A DNA stretch of 64,000 nt from contig JAUSFL010000008.1 of assembly GCA_030649735.1 (NCBI GenBank), positions 64,001 through 128,000 on the forward strand, written 5' to 3'. Origin of the DNA: Candidatus Iainarchaeum sp. Lineage in GTDB: Archaea; Iainarchaeota; Iainarchaeia; Iainarchaeales; UBA10191. The stretch's first letter is position 1. The number at the start of each line of letters is the position of its first letter. Below are positions 49,948 through 58,598 of this stretch, in pieces. The notes below the pieces were generated by a model, which made no database searches, was not told where the DNA came from, and saw nothing but the letters and a program-made list of their open reading frames with translations. A program made the position numbers and the translations under genes.

Positions 49948-50817
49948 TTAATTCTTGGCTTTTTTCAAGTGATGCTTGAATGACTCAAACATTAAAGGGA
50001 ACAGGAAACTCACCCAAAAGCCCATTATTGCCAGGACAATGAATTTTTGGTCAGGGCTTCCTTGCCTGCTGGCAAAGTACAAGACTCCAATTCCAACAAA
50101 CCCCAAAAACTTTCTTTTCAGGCTTTTGCCAGACTGTTCAAACCGCAATTCCTTCCACAGGCTATATCCCGCAAAATAGCCTATCACTACTGCCGCAAGG
50201 ACAAACTCCTGCAAAAACAGCACAATAAGGAAAGACGCTGCAATGAAAGAGAAAAGCAAGAGCTCTTCCCTAATCTTTGAAAGCCGGAAGTGCATGTGCT
50301 CGGTTTTTTTCCTGAACCACAAGTTGAATTTTCCCACTAAAAGGCCCAAAACCAGTCCTGCAATGACATCGCTCAAGAAATGCGCGCCCAAGTAAATTCT
50401 TGAAAAAGCAACCGCTAAAGCGCCAGTGAAAACCAGGATTTTCCAGTTTTTTTCAAGGCCGTTTTCCAAGTAAGCGAAAACAGCGCCCGCTAGGGTTGAA
50501 TGGCCTGAAGGAAAAGAATAGTCTGTGCGAACATGGCTCTCGAGGCCATTAATGCCCGCGTTGTAAAAGCTTGGCCTTAATCTTTTGAAAGCGTTCTTTA
50601 ATCCTTCAGAAACAACCGCGGCAAAGACAATCAGGCTGATGAAGTAAAAGCTTTCCTTTTCCTTTTTGCTCCAGTAAAGCCATGCCGCAATGAACATTAT
50701 TCCGGCAGAGCTGAAGACAAAGCTCGCGCCTTTCATTAGCAAAGTGAATGCTGGATTAATCCAGGACTGGACTGCCAGAGAGAACGCAATGTCAAATGGA
50801 AGAATGCTTTCAAACAA
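49948..50817 (-). CDS. PAP2-family membrane phosphatase
   Basis: K...KRLRP, SFPSGH, SRIYLGAHFLSDV. Confidence 0.93.
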   Translation of the reverse strand: MFESILPFDIAFSLAVQSWINPAFTLLMKGASFVFSSAGIMFIAAWLYWSKKEKESFYFISLIVFAAVVSEGLKNAFKRLRPSFYNAGINGLESHVRTDYSFPSGHSTLAGAVFAYLENGLEKNWKILVFTGALAVAFSRIYLGAHFLSDVIAGLVLGLLVGKFNLWFRKKTEHMHFRLSKIREELLLFSFIAASFLIVLFLQEFVLAAVVIGYFAGYSLWKELRFEQSGKSLKRKFLGFVGIGVLYFASRQGSPDQKFIVLAIMGFWVSFLFPLMFESFKHHLKKAKN

Positions 50818-50827
50818 TATAATTCAC

Positions 50828-51397
50828 CTAATTGGCGCTCCAGTATTTTTGGAATTCTTCCTCAAATTTTCCGGCAAGCGCTGAGTCATTGACAATCAAT
50901 AAATTCTCTGCGTTTCCAGAATCAGCGTTTTGCGTGTAATTAAAGCTTCCGGTGCTGAATTCAACCCCGTCAATTATTGAGACCTTGTTGTGCAATATGT
51001 GGTTGCCTGGAAGATTGACTCGCTTCAGGATTATTCCATTTTCAAGCAAAAACTCGTCCTTTGCGTCCTTTAATCCGGCCTGTGAATTGTCTATCAAGAC
51101 TTTCACTTCAATTCCGCGGTTTTTCGCGTCAATTAATGCCTGCGCGATTTCTTCTTTGGTGAAAGAGTAAATCATCACGTGAATGCTTTTCTTTGAAGCA
51201 GCGTAAAAATCAACCAGCTTTTGCGAACAGTCATCTTGCGGGCAAAAATAAACTTTTGCATTTTTTGAGTCAATTGTTCCCGCGGACGATTGGACCGCAA
51301 ATGCTGTTGGGGAATAAATGTCCGGCAAAAGAAAAGGAATGATTGCCCCAATCGCAAAGCCCAAAATAACCAAGAGAATTATTGCGTTGAATTTCAT
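50828..51397 (-). CDS. Single-HKD phospholipase D / Nuc-like protein with N-terminal anchor
   Basis: LHNKVSIID, TGSFNYT, NAEN; ATG overlaps the proB stop. Confidence 0.9.
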   Translation of the reverse strand: MKFNAIILLVILGFAIGAIIPFLLPDIYSPTAFAVQSSAGTIDSKNAKVYFCPQDDCSQKLVDFYAASKKSIHVMIYSFTKEEIAQALIDAKNRGIEVKVLIDNSQAGLKDAKDEFLLENGIILKRVNLPGNHILHNKVSIIDGVEFSTGSFNYTQNADSGNAENLLIVNDSALAGKFEEEFQKYWSAN

Positions 51398-52173
51398 TTT
51401 TTGACACCGTGAATTATTGTTCCCGGGTTTTTCCCGCAAGTTATTTCCCTAATGATTCCTTTCCTTCCCTTGCAGATAATGCAGTCAATTCCTTCAAGCG
51501 CCACTTTTTTCGCGGCTGAAACCTTTGTCAGGAAGCCTCCACGGCCCCTGGCTGAAGCGCCGCCGGCATTAATTCCCTTTAAGTCTTCAATGTTTTTAAC
51601 TTCTTTCACAAACTTTGCGTCCTTGTTGGCTTTCGGGTTTTCCAAAAAAATGCCTTCAACGTCAGTAGCCAAAACCAGCATGCTTGCCTTGCAGTGGCTT
51701 GCAACCAATGCCGATAGGGAGTCATTGTCTGAAAATTCCTTTTTCACTTTCAATTCCCTGGTGCTTACTGAATCATTCTCGTTGATTATTGGGAGAACAT
51801 TCAGGCTGAAAAGCTTTTCCAAAGTGCTTTTCAAGTTTTGCAGCTGTTCCTTGTTTGAAAAGTTTTCCTGCGTCAAGAGCAATTGCGCGATTGTTTGATT
51901 GTATTTTGAGAATTCCCTTTCATAATTTTTCATCAGGATGCTTTGGCCAATTGCAGCGCACGCCTGCTGTTCTTCCAGCTTCAGGCCATTATTGTCAAGC
52001 CCCAGCTTTTCCAGGCCCAATCCAATCGAGCCGCTTGTCACAATCGCGAACTCAAATCCTTTCTTCTTGAATTCCATGATGTCTTTCGCAAAATCAGCAA
52101 TCAGGCTTTTGTCGAGCCTGCCGTTTTTCATTATGGCATTGGTGCCAATCTTGACAATAATTCTCTTTCCCAT
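51394..52173 (-). CDS. proB: Glutamate 5-kinase (no PUA domain)
   Basis: VKIGT, TSGSI, AAIGQ, IINENDSV, DND, GGFLTK. Confidence 0.93.
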   Translation of the reverse strand: MGKRIIVKIGTNAIMKNGRLDKSLIADFAKDIMEFKKKGFEFAIVTSGSIGLGLEKLGLDNNGLKLEEQQACAAIGQSILMKNYEREFSKYNQTIAQLLLTQENFSNKEQLQNLKSTLEKLFSLNVLPIINENDSVSTRELKVKKEFSDNDSLSALVASHCKASMLVLATDVEGIFLENPKANKDAKFVKEVKNIEDLKGINAGGASARGRGGFLTKVSAAKKVALEGIDCIICKGRKGIIREITCGKNPGTIIHGVKK

Positions 52174-52299
52174 CAAAAAGCCTTATTTTAGAATTAGAAG
52201 CAAAAGGCTTAAATCATTGTTTTAAATTCTGCGGGTTTTAATTGCATTCAATCATTCGCCAGAAAGCTTAATTCAATGTTTTTTTCAACAGCATTGTTT

Positions 52300-55200
52300 T
52301 CAGCAAGTTTGCCCTAAGTATTTTGCGACTTCCTGCAGGTCTTGAATGTTCACGCCATTATTTCCAGCAACGTCTGCAGGATCGCCTGCAGGGTTTCCTA
52401 AGCGTATTGCGACAAAAACCAAGTCAAAAACATTGACTTTCTTGTCTCCAGTCAAGTCATAGCAGTTTGCAATCTGGATCTCATAAGTTATGTAAAGGGC
52501 AGGCCGCTTTGAGGCGTTTGCATATTCTTTGGTTGCCGTGCTGTCCTTGCGTGTTCCAGTGGTTGCAGAGTACATTTCAAGCACAAAGCCCTCATACTTT
52601 CCATTTTGTGCGCGTATATCAGTTATGGCTTGGGCAATGTTTGTTGAATTGTAATCGCCCGCGGCTTTTGCGAAATGAATTTTTCCCACGGCTGTTCCTG
52701 AATAAGTCGAGGCAAGGTCTCCTGAAGAAAACCTGCCCGGAAGGCCTGACCATGCATATCTTGGCTTTGACCCGGCAATGTTGTCTTTTCTTGCCCATGA
52801 TGTTCCATGGTACTGGTCGTAATAGTTTACGCCAGAGCCTTCCACCCAAATGATTCCATCATTTGGGGGCAGAGTTTTCGCCAGATAAATTGGAATGTCT
52901 CCTGCTTGGTCAAAATCTGACGAGATTGAATAAAGGCTTATGCGCGAGTCAATTATTTTTGCGCCTGAAGGAATTCCTGAAAGGTCAAACCAGTAAAGCC
53001 CTGTGTCGTCCTTGTACCTGTACTGCATGTTTGTTGCTGAACCTCTCTCGTAATAAGAGGCGTTTTCACTGTTGTCAAAAAGGCTCGTGTCCTTGGCGCC
53101 AGTGTAATTGATTATTCCTAATTTGGGGACTGGCTGGCCGTACTGCAGCTTTACTCTTGCAAGATTCAATTCGTTCACTGCCTTGACTGTAATTGTTATG
53201 TTTTGGGAAGCAGTGCCGCCCTTGCCGTCGCTTGCTGAAAAAACTAAATTGTATGCTCCTGCTGCAGAGTAGGATGGCGTCCAGGAAAAAGCGCCAGTGT
53301 TCTCGTCAAAAATCGAGCCTTGCGTGGCTCCGGAAACCGAGTAATGGATTGCATCATCAATGTCCGGGTCTAAAGCAGAAAGTTGCAAGTCCAGGGTTTG
53401 GCCTTCGTAAATGTTTTGGTCCAAAATTGCTTCAAGTGTTGGCGAAGTGTTTGCTTTTGTGGAAGCGCTTGCGGACGAAGATTTTGATGATTCATTGCCG
53501 CTTGTGTCATAAGCCGAAATACTGTAATTATACCTTGTGGAAGAGTTCAACCCAGTGTCAAGATAATAATCCATTGTCGTGAATGCTACCGGACTGCTGT
53601 TCCTGTAAACAGTGTAGCCCAAAATGCCTTCAGTCGCATTATCTGCCGTGGGACTCCATTTCAAGGCTATTCTAGTGGAGGCAATTGTCATTGCATTAAG
53701 GCCTGCCGGAATGCTTGGCGCCTGCAAGTCATAGCCTACTTCAAAGGCTCCAATGTCAGGCCCGCTTCCAGAATAATTGTCATTGATTCCCAAAAGCCTT
53801 GACGCCGCATTAATGGCAGGCGAGCTTGAGTTTGGAACAGCAAAGTAAGTCCCGTTTGTTTGGCCAGGGATTGCCGGATTGTCAGTTGCGGTTAGGCCAT
53901 TTATGCGGCGAATGTCCCATTGCGGGCTTGCGTAAATTCCGTGCGGTTCTTCAGGAATTGTCAATTGGTCAGGGCAAGTGTAGTTTATGTCAGGGTTTGC
54001 TGTCCAGCTTTTGAATGCTTCAAAGCTCGTGAAATACCTGGAGTCGTCTTCTCCCGGAATTCCATTATGGTTTGTGAAGCCCCACTTGAATATTGTGTCC
54101 TGGCCGGGCGTAAGCGTTGAAGACCACATCAAGTCATTGTCAAAATTGTGGTTTGTGTGAAAATACTCGCATGGGTAATTCGAGGCAATGTCTGTTCCGT
54201 AAACCCTGTTGAAAGAATTCACAATGTTGTTCCTTAGCACAATGTTCTTGCTTTTTGCAGGAGTCCCCCTGTAAATTGCAGAGTATGTCCAAGAGCCCGG
54301 ACTGCCCTCCTGGATTGAATTCTGGTAAAGTAAAATGTTCCTTGTTTGGCCTTCAACGCCAGTGTGGAGCTTTAGGGCATTCTCCAAGTAGCCAGTGATG
54401 TAGTTTCTCACGACAAAGTAAGGCCCTGGATAAAGCGGGGCAAAAGAAAGCGCGTTCTGGCATCTGCCCAGAATATTGCCGAAAATCCTTCCATTAGACA
54501 TGTGGCCGTCGGTTTCAATGCAGTCGTCCGAAAGCCAGTAAATCAAGTTGTTGTAAATGTCCAATTCCCTGTTTGGCCAAGTGGCCAGAACATTCGGGTC
54601 GTTTTCATTCAGTATTGGCGCCATGCCTTCGTCCCCGCCTGGCGAAATGCCGTCGGCAACACCAGTAATGACATTGTTCCTTATTGTAGTGTAGCCACCG
54701 ACCCCATAATTTTGTTTTATGCCGTAATAAGTCTGCCTTTCTGCCCCGTTAACAATTTCAAACTGGCCGTGATCAAGGTCTGCAATGTAATTTCCTAGCA
54801 AGAGGTTTCCTCCAACTGCCTTGCCTAATGGGGATTCTTCAGAATGCGTAATCGTGATCAAGCCTTCCCCGGCTGGCGCGCCCAAATAATCTGTCAGCCT
54901 GTTATTGACTAGGTCAATATAGTTTCCGCCGCGAATGCCAATTGGCGACGCGCTCTCGACATTCAAGCCGTAAAATGTGAGGTAAGAAGAGCCGCTCACG
55001 TAAATTTGGCCATGAATGGTTGCACGGTCAAGTGAATCATAGCTTGTGAATGCAGCTCTTGATGATTCTGAAAAGCGCTTGTTGCTCAAAGAAAACCCGC
55101 TGTAAATGCCCGGTTTTAACAGCACGCGGTCGCCGGCCTGCAGATTGCTTGCTGCAAAATTAAGTTCAGAATCATTTGAAACAATGACTGTCCTGACTGC

Positions 55201-55593
55201 AGCAGGCAGGCTCCATTCTGGCTTTGTCAAGAATGCGGCAGTGCCTTGATCAACCATGTTGCCGCCCGCGTCAAAAATATCAATTCTCACGTCATAACTG
55301 GTGTTTTCCGAAAGATTGAAAATGCTTGTCGCAAGGTTTGATGCGTCATACCTTACGAGCGGATTCACTTCAATGTAAGAGCCGGAATTGTGCGGCTTTA
55401 TGTAAGCTCTTCCTGTTTCATTGTTGTTCAGCGTGCCGAGTGAAACATTGATTCCGCCGGAAATGTAATTGCCGTACGCGTCAATTTTGCTGATTGCCTG
55501 CCCTGACGCTAAATTGCCGGCTGCCAGAACAAGAGTTAAAGCTGTGAGACAGGCAAACATCAAATGATTAAGGCATGGGCGTGATTTTTGCAT
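52300..55593 (-). CDS. Large secreted multidomain protein: right-handed beta-helix, FN3, Ig-like, DNRLRE-like and dockerin-like domains
   Basis: Signal peptide; LQAGDRVLLKPGIY; NN-ladder repeats; PDIGAFE; APSIPAGL..SAYDTSGNES; FSWTP; paired DxxGD/N..V...DL repeats. Confidence 0.85.
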   Translation of the reverse strand: MQKSRPCLNHLMFACLTALTLVLAAGNLASGQAISKIDAYGNYISGGINVSLGTLNNNETGRAYIKPHNSGSYIEVNPLVRYDASNLATSIFNLSENTSYDVRIDIFDAGGNMVDQGTAAFLTKPEWSLPAAVRTVIVSNDSELNFAASNLQAGDRVLLKPGIYSGFSLSNKRFSESSRAAFTSYDSLDRATIHGQIYVSGSSYLTFYGLNVESASPIGIRGGNYIDLVNNRLTDYLGAPAGEGLITITHSEESPLGKAVGGNLLLGNYIADLDHGQFEIVNGAERQTYYGIKQNYGVGGYTTIRNNVITGVADGISPGGDEGMAPILNENDPNVLATWPNRELDIYNNLIYWLSDDCIETDGHMSNGRIFGNILGRCQNALSFAPLYPGPYFVVRNYITGYLENALKLHTGVEGQTRNILLYQNSIQEGSPGSWTYSAIYRGTPAKSKNIVLRNNIVNSFNRVYGTDIASNYPCEYFHTNHNFDNDLMWSSTLTPGQDTIFKWGFTNHNGIPGEDDSRYFTSFEAFKSWTANPDINYTCPDQLTIPEEPHGIYASPQWDIRRINGLTATDNPAIPGQTNGTYFAVPNSSSPAINAASRLLGINDNYSGSGPDIGAFEVGYDLQAPSIPAGLNAMTIASTRIALKWSPTADNATEGILGYTVYRNSSPVAFTTMDYYLDTGLNSSTRYNYSISAYDTSGNESSKSSSASASTKANTSPTLEAILDQNIYEGQTLDLQLSALDPDIDDAIHYSVSGATQGSIFDENTGAFSWTPSYSAAGAYNLVFSASDGKGGTASQNITITVKAVNELNLARVKLQYGQPVPKLGIINYTGAKDTSLFDNSENASYYERGSATNMQYRYKDDTGLYWFDLSGIPSGAKIIDSRISLYSISSDFDQAGDIPIYLAKTLPPNDGIIWVEGSGVNYYDQYHGTSWARKDNIAGSKPRYAWSGLPGRFSSGDLASTYSGTAVGKIHFAKAAGDYNSTNIAQAITDIRAQNGKYEGFVLEMYSATTGTRKDSTATKEYANASKRPALYITYEIQIANCYDLTGDKKVNVFDLVFVAIRLGNPAGDPADVAGNNGVNIQDLQEVAKYLGQTC

Positions 55594-55665
55594 GAGAAAC
55601 CGATTATAGGAAAAGAATTCTTTTAAATAAAAAGTTATGCGCTTTAGCGTAATTTTCAGAATAAT

Positions 55666-55739
55666 TGGGGCTGCACGGATTTGAACCGTGGTTTTACGCT
55701 CCCTAAGCGTAGGTCCTAACCAGGCTAGACTACAGCCCC
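55666..55739 (-). tRNA. tRNA-Pro with AGG anticodon
   Basis: GGGGCTG/CAGCCCC-A acceptor; stem TACGC/GCGTA with loop TT-AGG-GA; 4-nt variable loop; CACGG-TTCAAAT-CCGTG. Confidence 0.92.
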
Positions 55740-55762
55740 AAAGTTTCCGTCATTTAATAAAA

Positions 55763-55833
55763 ATTGGCCTCAGTTTGCCCATCTCTCTTCATTCCCGAAG
55801 GTTGGAGTCATCGTCAGTTCATCATCGGCCAAT
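55763..55833 (-). ncRNA. Box C/D methylation guide sRNA
   Basis: Terminal stem ATTGGCC/GGCCAAT, C box ATGATGA, C'-like ATGAAGA, D box CTGA, two guides of about 12 nt. Confidence 0.8.
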
Positions 55834-55915
55834 AGATTGAATGATGCAAAAGGATTTTAATGTTTTAGAGACAACAGATTGTTTATTGTTTTGGCTCTTG
55901 GCTTGTTTTTTTCCA

Positions 55916-57679
55916 TTATTTGTTCTTTTTTTGGCCTTTTGTTTTTTCGTAATAGAACACGCCAATGCCCACAATTGCAACAATCGCTATGACTGCAATT
56001 AAAGGCAGCATTCCGCCAAGAGCGTCTTCCTTGTACAATCCTGTTATTTTTGCTTCCTCGCAGGTTTTAATGTATTCCTGAGCGTAAGGCAGGCCAGGGC
56101 TCAATAAGAGAACCTGCTGCATTGCCTTTTCTGCTGTAGCGCAGTCTTTTTTGAAGAATGCTTGCACTCCTTCCTGGAATTTTGTTCCGACAATGCTCTG
56201 CTCGTTTTTCACGTTTATTTGATTCATGAATTCTTTTGCAAGGTTTATTGGCATTATGAAGTTGATGTTTTGCACTTTGTCAGAGCCGAAAGTCGCAAGG
56301 CCTATCACTTCTCCTTTATCGTTAAAGACTGGTCCGCCGCTGTTTCCGTGATTGATTGCGGCATCAGTCTGGATGACTTCAACTCCATTGGTCATTGTTC
56401 TTCTTGCGCTTACGATTCCTGAAGTGACTGTCGGCTCTATTGTCTGCTGGTTGTCGAATAATATGTCAACGTTTGTTCCGGGATATCCTATTACAAAAAT
56501 CTGTTCTCCTGTTGAAAGCTGGTCTGAATCGCCAAGCTTTAATGCCGGAAGATTTTTTTGGTTTACTTTAAGGATTGCAATGTCTTTTCCCCAGGAAATT
56601 GTTTCTGCCTTTTCGTCAATCATGTTTCCTTTGACTTTAATGTCTGCGTTCCAGGCAACATTTACAAGAATTTGCCCTGGCAATAAAATGCCGGGGTTTG
56701 CGTAATTGTCTATTTTCAGTCCGGTTATTGAACTGTTTTTTTCAATATAGCTTATGAATTTTGCCATCAAGGCGTCAATTATTCTCTGCTTTTCTGCAGC
56801 GCTGAAATTATACCGCGATGCAACATCCTGGTAAATTTCATCCTGTGCCTGCGCAAGCAAGCCGTTGTAAATCTTGTTTGCTGCTTCGCTTTCTGAAACA
56901 AAAACAACATGCGCGTTTGTCATGATGTATCCGTCAGGGTTTATCACAAAGCCGGTTCCTGACATTCCGGTCTTTACTGTTTTGTCAATTCTTTTAGCGC
57001 TTGCTCCTTCTTTTGGGACGAATTCCAGGCTTTCAATGACTTGCACTGTGCCTTCATTGCCCTGCAATAATGCTTTTGCCGGCTGTTTGCCAGTTTTTTC
57101 ATTGAGTTGGCTTCCTGTTCTAGTGTATGTTAAAAGAATTCCAGCCACATTTATGACAAAAGCGTTATTGTTTGAGAATGAAATTGGAAAATTGTCTGTT
57201 CTTAGATCTTGGGCAATATTGTTCATTGTTATATTTTTGTAATTTACTGTCAGCGTTGTTGCAGTTACTGAATAAATTCCAGAATAAACATAAGTTTGCC
57301 CGAGGGCCGGATAGTTCTCTCCACCACTAAAAGTTCCATCACTATTGTAAGTAATGCTTGCTGAATACGCGCCAAGGTTTTGGATTGTTCCAGAACTCTG
57401 CCAGCTGCCTAAAATTAATTGTTGTGGAGTGTACTGTGTTCCTCCAGTGCCTGGTTGGCTTGGAGTGTTGCCCAGAGGTTGCGCTCCAGGCGCTATGATA
57501 TCATAATCTGGATAGCTGATTGTTCCTGTTATTTCAGTAGCCACTATCATTATTCCTGGCTCGTAAAATTGCTTTGTTTGCTGGATGATATTTGGCTCTT
57601 TTTCAGGCCATTTCAAGGTATAACCAAAAGCCAGTGCAGATAATAGAATGAACAGAATAATGATTGACAATTTTCTCAT
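55916..57679 (-). CDS. Membrane-anchored trypsin-like serine protease
   Basis: GTGFVI, TNAHV, DIAILK, GNSGGP; signal peptide and C-terminal TM helix. Confidence 0.92.
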   Translation of the reverse strand: MRKLSIIILFILLSALAFGYTLKWPEKEPNIIQQTKQFYEPGIMIVATEITGTISYPDYDIIAPGAQPLGNTPSQPGTGGTQYTPQQLILGSWQSSGTIQNLGAYSASITYNSDGTFSGGENYPALGQTYVYSGIYSVTATTLTVNYKNITMNNIAQDLRTDNFPISFSNNNAFVINVAGILLTYTRTGSQLNEKTGKQPAKALLQGNEGTVQVIESLEFVPKEGASAKRIDKTVKTGMSGTGFVINPDGYIMTNAHVVFVSESEAANKIYNGLLAQAQDEIYQDVASRYNFSAAEKQRIIDALMAKFISYIEKNSSITGLKIDNYANPGILLPGQILVNVAWNADIKVKGNMIDEKAETISWGKDIAILKVNQKNLPALKLGDSDQLSTGEQIFVIGYPGTNVDILFDNQQTIEPTVTSGIVSARRTMTNGVEVIQTDAAINHGNSGGPVFNDKGEVIGLATFGSDKVQNINFIMPINLAKEFMNQINVKNEQSIVGTKFQEGVQAFFKKDCATAEKAMQQVLLLSPGLPYAQEYIKTCEEAKITGLYKEDALGGMLPLIAVIAIVAIVGIGVFYYEKTKGQKKNK

Positions 57680-57837
57680 GAAATGCCCCCTTGTTGTTTT
57701 TAAATAGGATTGGGTTATTTTTAAACATATCTGTTAATTTTAAGCGCTTGCAATAAGCTGGCAGAATTATGTGCATTTTGTCGGCCAATATTTTTTGGCT
57801 TTCTTCAAAAGGCTTTTGAGACTGGAGGAGAGTTTTG

Positions 57838-58314
57838 CTACTCTTCCTTTTTGGCCTTTGCTTTTTTCATGCCTGGAATTTTCAAGTTGATTGTGGAATA
57901 ATCAACGTACAAGCCGGCTTCTTTCATGGTTTTCTTTAACGCGTAGACTTTGCAGAATTCAATGAGCTCATTCTTTTCCTTGGGCTGCATTCCTTCAATT
58001 TCGCAAATTTCTTTTATTACGCGGTTTATTTTGCCCGAATTCACTGTTTCAATCAATAATGCAATGTTTTCTGCCTTTTTGCCGGCTTCAATTTCCTTTA
58101 ATGCCTCGTCAAGCTTTTTCAAATCAGCAATCTTGCGCAAGTTGTCCTCGATTTTCTTGTCGAGCGAAATCCCAAGCGATGCAAGGAATTGCATTACAGT
58201 GCGCGAGTCAGTCGTTGGCTCTATCTTCAGTTTTTTTATCGCGACCCAGTCTTCATAGTTTGCAATCAATTGAATATATTTTTCGTCAGGCATTTCTCTA
58301 CTCACCTTTTCCAT
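57838..58314 (-). CDS. DUF2666-like archaeal protein
   Basis: IQLIANYEDWVAIKKLKI..FLAS pattern recalled from this family; operonic with Tes. Confidence 0.6.
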   Translation of the reverse strand: MEKVSREMPDEKYIQLIANYEDWVAIKKLKIEPTTDSRTVMQFLASLGISLDKKIEDNLRKIADLKKLDEALKEIEAGKKAENIALLIETVNSGKINRVIKEICEIEGMQPKEKNELIEFCKVYALKKTMKEAGLYVDYSTINLKIPGMKKAKAKKEE

Positions 58315-58598
58315 TAAATGTTGAAAGTGTTTTTTAAAAGCTCGCTATAGTTGATGCTTTCAGCGCTTAAGACTTTTGCCTTGAATTTTTTTGGAATTTT
58401 TCCAACTATTTCTTTAGCTTGGGTGTTTGACTTTGCAATCACAATGGCTTTTCCATCGTCTGCCACGTGAGCCCTTAAAACTTCCTCCAATGCCATCAAA
58501 TCATACTGGAGCTTTCTTTTTTCCAAATCCTTAATTCCTTTCATGCCTATCTTGAATTTTTTCAATTCCTTGAAAGTGATTTCCTGGCTTTTGTTCAT
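58314..58598 (-). CDS. Small hypothetical protein
   Basis: Start and stop overlap both neighbours. Confidence 0.7.
   Translation of the reverse strand: MNKSQEITFKELKKFKIGMKGIKDLEKRKLQYDLMALEEVLRAHVADDGKAIVIAKSNTQAKEIVGKIPKKFKAKVLSAESINYSELLKNTFNI

Noticed and set aside
55695-55711. Reading the tRNA as Leu(UAG)
   Set aside because: The perfect 5-bp stem and 7-nt loop put AGG at 34-36; the short variable loop and GGGG acceptor fit Pro, not Leu
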